From Nitrososphaerota archaeon (GTDB lineage Archaea > Thermoproteota > Nitrososphaeria_A > Caldarchaeales > Calditenuaceae), in assembly GCA_038741355.1 (NCBI GenBank), contig JAVYLC010000025.1, positions 1 to 22,963 of the forward strand: a DNA stretch of 22,963 bases. Reading direction: 5' to 3'. Both the position numbers and the translations under genes were made by a program. Numbering within the stretch: position 1 is the first letter of the stretch; each line of letters opens with the position of its first letter. Of this stretch, positions 8,707 through 16,825 are shown in pieces. The notes beneath the pieces are model-generated. The model was not told the origin of the DNA. It worked only from the letters and a program-made list of their open reading frames with translations, and ran no database searches.

Positions 8707-9130
8707 CAACCCCGCATAAACCTAGGGATAAGTGCAACCTTCTTTCTGAACCTACTTCGCCTTCTAGAACCATACAGGACAACATTTAAAAATTTAAGAT
8801 TCTCCTAAGAAGTCGCCCAGCCCAACCTCCCCACAACTTAAAACAAAGATTACGCTAAGTGTTCGCACTCATTATCAAATCCTCTCTAAGAAGAAGTTCA
8901 AATAACTGTACATGTATTTAATCTATCTCACAAAACTATGCAGCCGGTTAGCCGTTTCGATAAATTTTCGGCTCCTTCTTGCCTCACCTTTAGGAAGCAT
9001 ATTAGTGAGCCTTCCTATGACCCTGCAAACGTTGGCGTCTACTACCGGCACATCTCGAGGGGCAAAGGTAACAATGAGGGTTCTATTGTCCTTACTTGTA
9101 TTAAGGTCTTAGGGAACGCTAGAATCGTGC

Positions 9131-9151
9131 CAGGCCATCACTGATGGCCTG
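9131..9151. repeat. 21 nt interrupted palindrome (10 bp arms, 1 nt centre)
   Basis: CAGGCCATCA-C-TGATGGCCTG; the right arm overlaps a tandem TGATGGCC (9142-9149 and 9150-9157). Confidence 0.7.
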
Positions 9152-9343
9152 ATGGCCCCTCCACTATTTTCGGCCTACTGTGTCAAAGGTTATATACCGT
9201 ATCTTGTGGTGGGTATTAGAGAGCTGGTTCTCGACATATTCACCGGCATCCAGGAGGGAGTTGGTATGAGAATGGTTGAGGCTGTTATGAGGACTATCGT
9301 AGACGAAGCATCTGCTAGTGTGGCTGGTGAAGTATATGTCTGA

Positions 9344-10136
9344 GACCCTGAAAAGAGGTTTATACATTCCCAGAGGGCTGAGAATCAAACTATACGGTGA
9401 GGTTAGAATTCTTAGAGGATCAGGGACTATCATACGATAGAATCATAGGCTCTGTGAGGGAGAGATATGGCGTTGTATTACAAAAATCCCATATTAGCGG
9501 GTGGGTTAGGGGAATACACAGCCCATACAACGGTGCATACATACCTTCAATAAAGTTTCTAAAACCATGCAGAGAACTTGCATATATTATAGGTTATAGG
9601 TGCTGTTGCAGGTGATGGATATGTCCTGCGGCGGCGACGGCCTCGAAAATCGTACCACGATATGCATATAGGGTTGATGGTGAAGGACAAGGAATTCGTA
9701 GAAGAGTTCTCCAGGTGTCTTGCAGTAGTCTTGAAGAGAGAGCCGCCTAAACCTAGATGGGCGGGCAGACTATTCGTAGTTAAGTTACGGTGCCAAGCCT
9801 TATACCAACTCGGAGTGTAAATCGGCTTTTCTGGGATGTTTCTTCGACAGCGAAGGAAGCGTAAGTAAGGAAGGATATAAACTAGTCTATAACACCGACT
9901 TAGGATTGCTTAGATACGTCAAACAACTTCTCTCTTCTCTAGGGATAGAGACTACAGGACCACATCTTTACTCAAGGCGTGGAACAGCCTTCAGAAACCC
10001 TAGGACGGAAAAAACATATAGGACTAAGAAGGACGAATATGGGTTATATGTTACTGCTAGCTCACGGCTGGTGTTCTACAGAGTGATAGGATTCATATCG
10101 AGAGAAAGAGGCAGAGACTTGGGAAATACCTCATAA
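9344..10136 (+). pseudogene. degenerate LAGLIDADG (DOD-type) homing endonuclease, four frame fragments
   Basis: Fragments: IPRGLRIKLYGEVRI (frame of 9360); FLEDQGLSYDRIIGSVRERYGVVLQKSHISGWVRGIHSPYNGAYIPSIKFLKPCRELAYIIG (frame of 9397); AVAGDGYVLRRRRPRKSYHDMHIGLMVKDKEFVEEFSRCLAVVLKREPPKPRWAGRLFVVK (frame of 9602); GCFFDSEGSVSKEGYKLVYNTDLGLLRYVKQLLSSLGIETTGPHLY... (frame of 9834, ending 10136). The LAYIIGxxxGDGY and GCFFDSEGSV halves are the two LAGLIDADG-type motifs. Confidence 0.8.
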
Positions 10137-10294
10137 GGACTGGGATGGCTAAAACCTCCAGCCAACCCCCTCATCTATCCCCAACAATGTTATCATACCC
10201 AGACCATCACACTATAATAATATACAAAGTAGGCTAACCCTGCGGATACGCTGAGGCCGATCCTCACCAAGCAGTGTTAGGACGAACTAAAGAT

Positions 10295-10415
10295 TCCCGG
10301 CGGCAGGATTTGAACCTGCGACCCTCCGGTCTCTGTTAGCCCGGTAGGCTGGCAAAGGCGCGGCTGGATGCCGGCCTCTACAGCCGGATGCTCTACCAGG
10401 CTGAGCTACGCCGGG
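10295..10415 (-). tRNA. tRNA-Tyr (anticodon GTA) with ~47 nt intron at canonical position 37/38
   Basis: Reverse complement exons CCCGGCGTAGCTCAGCCTGGTAGAGCATCCGGCTGTAG + ACCGGAGGGTCGCAGGTTCAAATCCTGCCGCCGGGA fold into a complete cloverleaf: acceptor CCCGGCG/CGCCGGG, anticodon arm TCCGG-CTGTAGA-CCGGA, T arm GCAGG-TTCAAAT-CCTGC. Confidence 0.93.
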
Positions 10416-10470
10416 CTCTCATTTAATCTCCCGGCATTCCCATATTAAAGCCTAATCCTAGTGTAACTAT

Positions 10471-11049
10471 CTATTTGAGGGCCTCTCTGGCGCCGGATAG
10501 GATATACTCAATGGCGATGGCTGCTAGGATGATGGCCATTACACGGGCAACAACATCTGCACCTACTTTCCCCAGCAGATGGTGAAGAGTATCTACCCTT
10601 CTGAGAGTGATCCAGGTGAAGAGCATCACTATTAGCACAGAAGTGATTGCCACGAGCTGGCCTGATGTGTTTATAGTTATCATAGTCGTGGTTATTGCGC
10701 CCGGTCCTACGAGTAGGGGGAAGCCTATGGGAAAGACACCCACGTCACCGGCCTTGGCTAGAAGTTTCTCACCTCCATAGATGAGGATTTGGAGGGATAG
10801 AAAGAGGAAAAGGATTCCGCCAGCAATCTTGAAGCTGTGTAGAGAGACGTTGAAGAGTGAGAGGATTTGGTGGCCGGCAAACGCGAAGAGGAGTAAAAGG
10901 GCAGAGCCGACCAGTGTGGCAAGGTTGAAGGCTCTTTTACGGCCGTCAGAGCTGAGACCGCGGGTAAGCTCAATGAGTATAGGAATATTCCCGATAGGGT
11001 CCACGACCACGAAAAGGACGATGGTGCTCTTCAGAACCTCCTCTATCAC
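10471..11049 (-). CDS. MarC / UPF0056 family integral membrane protein
   Basis: FVVVDPIGNIPILIELTRGLSSDGRKRAFNLATLVGSALLLLFAFAGHQILSLFNVSLHSFKIAGGILFLFLSLQIL...FPLLVGPGAITT. Confidence 0.88.
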   Translation of the reverse strand: MIEEVLKSTIVLFVVVDPIGNIPILIELTRGLSSDGRKRAFNLATLVGSALLLLFAFAGHQILSLFNVSLHSFKIAGGILFLFLSLQILIYGGEKLLAKAGDVGVFPIGFPLLVGPGAITTTMITINTSGQLVAITSVLIVMLFTWITLRRVDTLHHLLGKVGADVVARVMAIILAAIAIEYILSGAREALK

Positions 11050-11126
11050 AACAAAGTAAGCGCTGAAATTACTATGTAACCCTTAATTTGATGGCTAAAT
11101 AGAGGAGTATCAGAGTAACAATTGCT

Positions 11127-11200
11127 GCCCCGGTAGCTCAGCCAGGTAGAGCGGCCGCCTTGTAAGCGGCAGGTCGCGGGTTCAAACCCCGCCCGGGGCT
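11127..11200 (+). tRNA. tRNA-Thr (anticodon TGT), no intron
   Basis: GCCCCGG TA GCTC AGCCAGGTA GAGC G GCCGC CTTGTAA GCGGC AGGTC GCGGG TTCAAAC CCCGC CCGGGGC T forms a complete cloverleaf. Confidence 0.95.
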
Positions 11201-11406
11201 TATTTTTCTCGGTTTTCCGCTTTCCGGACATCTATCCTGTTTCTACACATTTTCTTGCCATCCACAAAACAGTTACATCTTCACAGCCCATACCCCCAAT
11301 AATAGAGGACAGCCCGGATACTCGAGTTGACTATACTGCCGTGGCTCCCTTTCTTCCGCGGTACTGTTTAAATCCTCTCAAATGTGCTTGATACATTGAG
11401 GGTTCA

Positions 11407-12372
11407 ATGCCAATACTTGTTACCGGTGCATGTGGCTTCATCGGTGCCTGGACTGTGAGGCGGCTATTAGAGCTGGGCGAGGAGGTGGTTCTGACCGATG
11501 TTTCAGGTGACTTGTCGAGGCTTAGATACGTTGTTGATGGGGCTGATAAGCTTCCATTCGTTAAAGGCGACATTGTGGGGGAGGGCTTCATAGAGAACAT
11601 AGTCAGGAGTTACGGTGTTGACGCGATAATCCACTTGGCCGCTTTCCAGATACCGCAGTGCAGGGCTGATCCTGTGAGGGGGGCTCTCGTGAATGTGATA
11701 GGCACTTTGAGGGTCTTTGAGGCGGCTAAAAAGAATCGCGGCACAGTTAGGCGCGTCGTTTATGCCAGTTCGGCCGCAGTTTTCGGGCCCCCTGAGCTCT
11801 ATGGTGAGGGGCCAGTGGCAGTAAACGTCCCTCTAAAACCGATAACACATTACGGCGCCTATAAAGTGTGCAACGAGCTGACCGCTAACGCCTATTGGCA
11901 TGAATCTGGCATCCCTAGCGTCGGTCTCAGACCACAGGTGGTCTATGGGTATGGGCGTGATGTGGGCGTGACCTCTGATGCTTCCCGCGCTATAAAGGCG
12001 GCCATAGCCCATAGGCCCTACAGGATAAGGTTTGGCGGCTTGATAGATATGCAGTATGTGGAGGATGTTGCGCATCTGTTTGCCGTCTCTGCAATTAGGG
12101 ACTTGGATGGGGCCCGGGTTTATAACGTAAGAGGGGATGTAATCAGCGTCGCAGAGCTCGTGAATCTTATAGAGGAGGCCACAGGTGTGAGGGGGCTAAT
12201 AACCTTTGAGGATAAACCCCTACCCATACCCGCCTACTTGGACGACTCTGAGACCGAGAGGGATTTAGGCCCCCTCAAGAAGACCACTGCGAAGGAAGGA
12301 ATTACAAAGACCGCGGAATTTTTCCTCAGACTTCTAAGGCGCGGAGAGCTAGATCTCAGCGACCTTAGCTAA
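11407..12372 (+). CDS. NAD-dependent epimerase/dehydratase (extended SDR family)
   Basis: N-terminal Rossmann VTGACGFIGAWTVRRLLELG; IIHLAAFQ; YASSAAVFG...YGAYKVCNEL (SDR Ser...YxxxK); GLRPQVVYG. Confidence 0.9.
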   Translation: MPILVTGACGFIGAWTVRRLLELGEEVVLTDVSGDLSRLRYVVDGADKLPFVKGDIVGEGFIENIVRSYGVDAIIHLAAFQIPQCRADPVRGALVNVIGTLRVFEAAKKNRGTVRRVVYASSAAVFGPPELYGEGPVAVNVPLKPITHYGAYKVCNELTANAYWHESGIPSVGLRPQVVYGYGRDVGVTSDASRAIKAAIAHRPYRIRFGGLIDMQYVEDVAHLFAVSAIRDLDGARVYNVRGDVISVAELVNLIEEATGVRGLITFEDKPLPIPAYLDDSETERDLGPLKKTTAKEGITKTAEFFLRLLRRGELDLSDLS

Positions 12373-12415
12373 GTGAAGCGAGATTTTTATCATAACAGTT
12401 AGACAATAGGGAGTG

Positions 12416-13618
12416 ATGAGCCAGTACTGGTCTGAGGACCCTATGTTGATGATACCGGGGCCATCCGAGCTGCATCCACGAGTTAGACAGGTCTTGATGG
12501 GGAGGTTTTATCCGCATTACGGCCCAGAGTGGGGTGAGATATACTGGGGAGTTGAGGAGGCTGTCAGGAAGATCTTCAGGACGAAAAACGAGGTTATAGT
12601 GATGCCAGGACCAGGAAGCCTCGGCCTGGAGCTGGGGATTGTCAACGTGGCTAATCGTGGGGATAAGGTGATCGCTCTGACCAATGGATTCTTTGGGGAT
12701 AGGTTTGCAGAGATAGCTAGCTACTGTGCGGCTGAGGTTGTGACGCTCAGCTCTCCCCCCGGATACATCGTCTCTACAGAGGTGCTTAAAGAGTGTCTGG
12801 ACAAACATCCCGACGCAGTAGCACTATTAGCCGTACAGAACGAGTCGGCCACAGGCATACTCAACCCTATACGCCAGTTTACTGAAATTGCAAAAAAGCG
12901 TGGGCTATTCACAGTTGTCGACTCTATCTCAGCCTTTGGAGGAGCCGAACTTGATGTTGATGGCTGGGGTATTGACGTCTGTGTAGGGTATCCGAACAAG
13001 TGCTTAAGTGGCGTTCCTGGCGCCCTGCCAGTCTCAATAAGCAGTGAGGTCTGGGAAAAAGTGGAGAGGGGGCTCGTCCGCCCCAACTCTTGGATGACAA
13101 ACCTCCGGGTCTGGAAATGGTACAGAAAGAACTGGGCCAGCCACGGCCATCCGTACCCCACGACTGTAAACACTTACGCTTATTTGGCCTTGAAGGTGGC
13201 CGCAGAGGTGGCGATAGAGGAGGGCTTGGAGAGGAGGTATGAGCGGCATCGAAGGGTGGCAGCTGCCTTCAGGGCCGCAATGAAGACGATGGGATTAGGA
13301 TTGGTCAGCAAGAACGAGGAGTATGCCTCGCCTACGATAACCGCGATCGAATTACCCCCCGATCTCCAGGGAAAAATTGAGCGCATAGTTGAAAAGATGC
13401 TACGAGATTATAGAATCATGATTAGCAGGGGAATCGCCGCGACAGAAGACACAGCCATAAGAGTGGGGCATATGGGCTACACGGCCAGCCCCCGATTTCT
13501 CATCCCTACACTCTCTGCGCTATATGAGACTTTAAGGTCGCTAGACTATCAAAAATGCTCGACAGGAGATGCGATAGAGGCCTTTTACGAGGAATTAAGG
13601 AGACCGCAGACCAAGTAA
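12416..13618 (+). CDS. class-V PLP aminotransferase (alanine/serine-glyoxylate aminotransferase-like)
   Basis: MIPGPSELHPRVRQVLMG...EVIVMPGPGSLGLELGIVNV...GNRGDKVIALTNGFFGDRFAEIA...VDSISAFGGAELDVDGWGIDVCVGYPNKCLSGVPG (PLP-lysine region)...RVGHMGYTA. Track start is GTG 12413; ATG 12416 follows immediately. Confidence 0.88.
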   Translation: MSQYWSEDPMLMIPGPSELHPRVRQVLMGRFYPHYGPEWGEIYWGVEEAVRKIFRTKNEVIVMPGPGSLGLELGIVNVANRGDKVIALTNGFFGDRFAEIASYCAAEVVTLSSPPGYIVSTEVLKECLDKHPDAVALLAVQNESATGILNPIRQFTEIAKKRGLFTVVDSISAFGGAELDVDGWGIDVCVGYPNKCLSGVPGALPVSISSEVWEKVERGLVRPNSWMTNLRVWKWYRKNWASHGHPYPTTVNTYAYLALKVAAEVAIEEGLERRYERHRRVAAAFRAAMKTMGLGLVSKNEEYASPTITAIELPPDLQGKIERIVEKMLRDYRIMISRGIAATEDTAIRVGHMGYTASPRFLIPTLSALYETLRSLDYQKCSTGDAIEAFYEELRRPQTK

Positions 13619-13649
13619 AAAATATAGCCACCGTGTTCCAAGATTTTTT

Positions 13650-14792
13650 GTGACCATCCTTTTCGGTGAGCGGCTAAATAGGGATAGGCTCGAGAGGTAT
13701 GTAGGCGACATATCCCAAGTAGGCGGAGTATCTCCTTTCCAGCTCATAGACGGGCCTGAGAAGGGTGTAAGATGCATCAACCTCAGGACCGGCTTATTAA
13801 GCGCGACCATAGTGGTCGACCGGGCACTCGATATAGCTAATCTCGAATACAAGGGTATTCCACTGGCGTGGATTAGCCCGACAGGCATACAGGCCCCCTC
13901 ATTCTACGAACCTGAAGGTCTTAACTGGCTGAGAGGGTTTTTCGGAGGGGCACTAACAACCTGTGGCTTAACATACTTTGGGAGGCCGACCGTAGATGAA
14001 GGCGAACAACTCGGGCTACATGGGAGAATATCATACGTCCCTGCTAGGCTTAAGCTCTGTCGGGGTAGATGGGAGGGAGACGACTACGTTATGGAGATAG
14101 AGGGGGAGGTAAGGGAGGCAAAGGTCTTCGAACCCAATATCTCCCTCCACAGGAGAATTGAAGCCCGGCTGGGAGAAAGCAAGATTTTGATAAAGGACTT
14201 AGTAGTCAACAACGGGTGGTATCAACAGCCCTTCATGATTCTATACCACTTCAACTTCGGATATCCCCTACTCGGCAAGGATTCGAGACTACTTTCAACC
14301 TCTAGTCTTGTCGTACCGAGGGACGCAGACGCCACTGAGGGGGCAGAGCACTTTGATAGCTTCGAGGAGCCTCAAAGAGCTTATAGAGAGAAGGTCTTTT
14401 TCCACGACCTAGCCGTTGACCCTGATGGATATGCATATGCCGCCCTCATAAATAAGAGACTCTACAACGGCTTGGCCGCTGTCATTCGATTCAAAAAGTC
14501 AAGCCTCAACCGCCTAATAGAGTGGAAAATGATGGGAGAGGGGACTTACGTTTTGGGAATAGAACCGGCAAATGCGCTTGTGTTGGGGAGAGACGTGGAG
14601 AGGCGTTTCGGAACACTCCAGTTCCTATCGCCGCGAGAGAGCAGAGAAATTGAGATTGAGTTCAGCGTATTGGAGGGAGTTGAAGAGATAAGTGCTCTCG
14701 AGGAGAAGATATTATCCATACGAGGCCCGGAGAAGCCGAAGATACTTCGGACTGTAGAGGAGTTCGTTAACCTGACGCGTGAAACTACCTGA
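13650..14792 (+). CDS. DUF4432 family protein (aldose 1-epimerase-like fold)
   Basis: RCINLRTGLLSATIVVDRALDIANLEYKGIPLAWISPTG...FYEPEGLNWLRGFFGGALTTCGLTYFGRP..DEGEQLGLHGRISYVPA...YHFNFGYPLL. Confidence 0.75.
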   Translation: MTILFGERLNRDRLERYVGDISQVGGVSPFQLIDGPEKGVRCINLRTGLLSATIVVDRALDIANLEYKGIPLAWISPTGIQAPSFYEPEGLNWLRGFFGGALTTCGLTYFGRPTVDEGEQLGLHGRISYVPARLKLCRGRWEGDDYVMEIEGEVREAKVFEPNISLHRRIEARLGESKILIKDLVVNNGWYQQPFMILYHFNFGYPLLGKDSRLLSTSSLVVPRDADATEGAEHFDSFEEPQRAYREKVFFHDLAVDPDGYAYAALINKRLYNGLAAVIRFKKSSLNRLIEWKMMGEGTYVLGIEPANALVLGRDVERRFGTLQFLSPRESREIEIEFSVLEGVEEISALEEKILSIRGPEKPKILRTVEEFVNLTRETT

Positions 14793-15084
14793 AGAGCTGG
14801 ACATGTTTTATGCCACCGACCTCTATGCAAGCAGACTCACACACTAACCCATCAGATATCGCCCTCGAAACCACGTCATTCCCCAACAAATTTATGATCG
14901 TTGCCCCTTCTATAGCGCTTTTAACCCCCTCCCAATCAACCCTTCTACCCATGTAAAAATCAGGACTAACAAATACCTCATATCCGTCGCGGATTCTCAG
15001 TTTCAAACCTACCAGCTCAGAGTCGCACACGGCGACAACTACCTCGCCTGTCAACGACCTATGCATCTTTAGCCAGTAAGACAT
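14785..15084 (-). CDS. DUF424 family protein
   Basis: VAVCDSELVGLKLRIRDGYEVFVSPDFYMGRRVDWEGVKSAIEGATIINLLGNDVVSRAISDGLV. Internal Met (MSYWLKMH, ~15084) preferred over the track start 15117. Confidence 0.78.
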   Translation of the reverse strand: MSYWLKMHRSLTGEVVVAVCDSELVGLKLRIRDGYEVFVSPDFYMGRRVDWEGVKSAIEGATIINLLGNDVVSRAISDGLVCESACIEVGGIKHVQLFR

Positions 15085-15159
15085 CGCAGTCTCCAAATGA
15101 TTACACCCATGAACCAAAATAAATTTTTTACACAGAATAGCAGTGGATAATCCGCGGTT

Positions 15160-15840
15160 TTAAACGAAAACCGGTACCCTGCTCATAGGCAACGCTAGAA
15201 GAATTATGAACGAGATAAGGGGCACGGTAATGTTATCATCAATCCACCTAAATTCTAGTTTCTCCACAAGTGAGGCGGCAAACCCCGCTACCGCGCCCGA
15301 GACTCCAAGCGTGAGGAGTCCGGCTGGGATACAGAAAAGAGCCATGGCTAGGTTCCCCCACGAAGACTTAGTTCTCCGGTGATAGAGCATGTTTCTCACG
15401 AGCCCAGTAATACCATCACCGACACTCATGAAAAGGATAGGCAACACACCAATAGCCAAGTTTCCCAAGAGAAATCCTAAACCCATTATCAACCCCCACA
15501 TTATTATGAAGTGAACCTCATACATGTTTTCCTTTACCTGGTACCAATACCATATTCTTCCGCTCCTGTGGGGAAGATAGTTCCCTATAGCAAGGACTGT
15601 AACAAGTATAGCAATCAATGTGAAGCTCTTAAACAGAAATGGAACGAGAATGGAGACTAGTCCCCCAGCCAATATGTGGATTATTTTCCTATTATAGTAG
15701 ACGGCTACATTCTGTTCACACCCCCTCCTCAAAAGTGCGTTGTAAATCCTCTTGCACAGATAGTGGCTTACAAACAATACCCAAACAAACAAGGCGGTGA
15801 CGTAAATAAACTCTCCCGGAGTGGGCATCGAAAGCAGCAT
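15160..15840 (-). CDS. multi-pass membrane protein, dolichol/diacylglycerol kinase or phosphatidate cytidylyltransferase-like family
   Basis: YYNRKIIHILAGGLVSILVPFLFK... and SVGDGITGLVRNMLYHRRTKSSWGNLAMALFCIPAG pattern with ~7 hydrophobic helices. Confidence 0.65.
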   Translation of the reverse strand: MLLSMPTPGEFIYVTALFVWVLFVSHYLCKRIYNALLRRGCEQNVAVYYNRKIIHILAGGLVSILVPFLFKSFTLIAILVTVLAIGNYLPHRSGRIWYWYQVKENMYEVHFIIMWGLIMGLGFLLGNLAIGVLPILFMSVGDGITGLVRNMLYHRRTKSSWGNLAMALFCIPAGLLTLGVSGAVAGFAASLVEKLEFRWIDDNITVPLISFIILLALPMSRVPVFV

Positions 15841-15923
15841 TAACTCTAGACTAGAAATTGTGTAAAATAATGATTATGGCTTAAGAAATTGCTTGGAGGA
15901 TAAAATAATTAGGGAGGAGAGGT

Positions 15924-16343
15924 TTAGATCCTCCTTAGCTCGCCAACCAATATTGCCAGGCCTATAATAGCCGCCAGCAAGCCAAATAGGCTCGTAAAAA
16001 GCTTGGAGAGTGATGGAAGACTCCAGACAAACCACTCCCAAGGCCTGACATCTATGATTCCAACGCCTACAATAAGCAGGATGAGGCCGGCGGCAAGGGG
16101 GAAGAGCCTGGGAATATCTACGTGGGGTGAGAGCGGGGAGACTCCGCCCTTACGCGGTATGATTATTGCGGCTACACAATACAGTGAGATCATGGGGATA
16201 GGGGCCAACAGGGTTAAAGCAACGCCCACCAGCCTCAGAATGTTGGGGTCCACGTTAAAGTACTCGCCCAGCCCGCCGAAAACCCCCGCCATGACCCTAT
16301 CCCTACTTGACCGTTCTAATGCCTTAGACGAACTAAGATTCAC
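15924..16343 (-). CDS. PspC-domain membrane protein
   Basis: RDRVMAGVFGGLGEYFNVDPNILRLVGVALTLLAPIPMISLYCVAAIIIPRK (PspC domain) followed by two further hydrophobic helices. Confidence 0.88.
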   Translation of the reverse strand: MNLSSSKALERSSRDRVMAGVFGGLGEYFNVDPNILRLVGVALTLLAPIPMISLYCVAAIIIPRKGGVSPLSPHVDIPRLFPLAAGLILLIVGVGIIDVRPWEWFVWSLPSLSKLFTSLFGLLAAIIGLAILVGELRRI

Positions 16344-16427
16344 GGACCTCCAATATTTGCAACGCCTTTAAACTTTTGGAGAGGAGGATGAGATTTATCC
16401 ATCTTTAAATCTCGGGCTGCGTATGGA

Positions 16428-16766
16428 GTGGCCGTGGGGAAGAGGAAGATAATCGCTGAACCAAAGGAGTTGGAGAATATGCCAGAGCCCGGACCAGACG
16501 ATGTATATGGAGTGATATCGAAAATGGTTGGGTATGATAAAGTGATAGTAGATTGCTCGGATGGCAAGCAGAGGCTCTGTAGGATTCGGGGTCAGCTCAA
16601 GAGGAAGATATGGGTTAAGGAGGGTGACCTCGTCCTTGTAAGCCCCTGGGACTTCCAGAAGGACACGCGAGGCGATATATGGTGGAGGTTCACGAAGAAT
16701 CAGGCCCTCAGCCTCGCGCAGAAAGGTGTTCTACCAGAGTTTCTAAGGGCTCGGATAGAAAGGTAG
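16428..16766 (+). CDS. eif1a: translation initiation factor aIF1A
   Basis: MPEPGPDDVYGVISKMVGYDKVIVDCSDGKQRLCRIRGQLKRKIWVKEGDLVLVSPWDFQKDTRGDIWWRFTKNQALSLAQKGVLPEFL (OB-fold eIF1A). Confidence 0.95.
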   Translation: MAVGKRKIIAEPKELENMPEPGPDDVYGVISKMVGYDKVIVDCSDGKQRLCRIRGQLKRKIWVKEGDLVLVSPWDFQKDTRGDIWWRFTKNQALSLAQKGVLPEFLRARIER

Positions 16767-16825
16767 CCTAGAGTGGTTAATTGTTCTTAATTTAAATAGG
16801 GCTGAGTGAAAAATTATCCGGTAGC

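Noticed and set aside
8313-8789. 158 aa forward ORF antisense to rps12 and its upstream region
   Set aside because: Low-complexity P/L/H-rich translation, and over half lies antisense to the well-supported S12 gene. This is a typical artefact of the complementary strand.
10200-10294. Possible C/D-box sRNA next to tRNA-Tyr (CTGA/GTGAGGA-like boxes)
   Set aside because: The boxes do not match RUGAUGA and CUGA well, and no clear guide layout is present.
10280-10296. Shared motif GACGAACTAA(A)GATTC with 16327-16343
   Set aside because: One copy lies 3' of tRNA-Tyr and the other covers the first codons of the PspC gene. Only ~15 nt match with an indel, so chance similarity is likely, although a genome-wide count would settle it.
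12365-13386. Several minus-strand ORFs (12365..12808, 12721..13173, 13180..13386)
   Set aside because: All are antisense to the class-V aminotransferase, and none has recognisable motifs.
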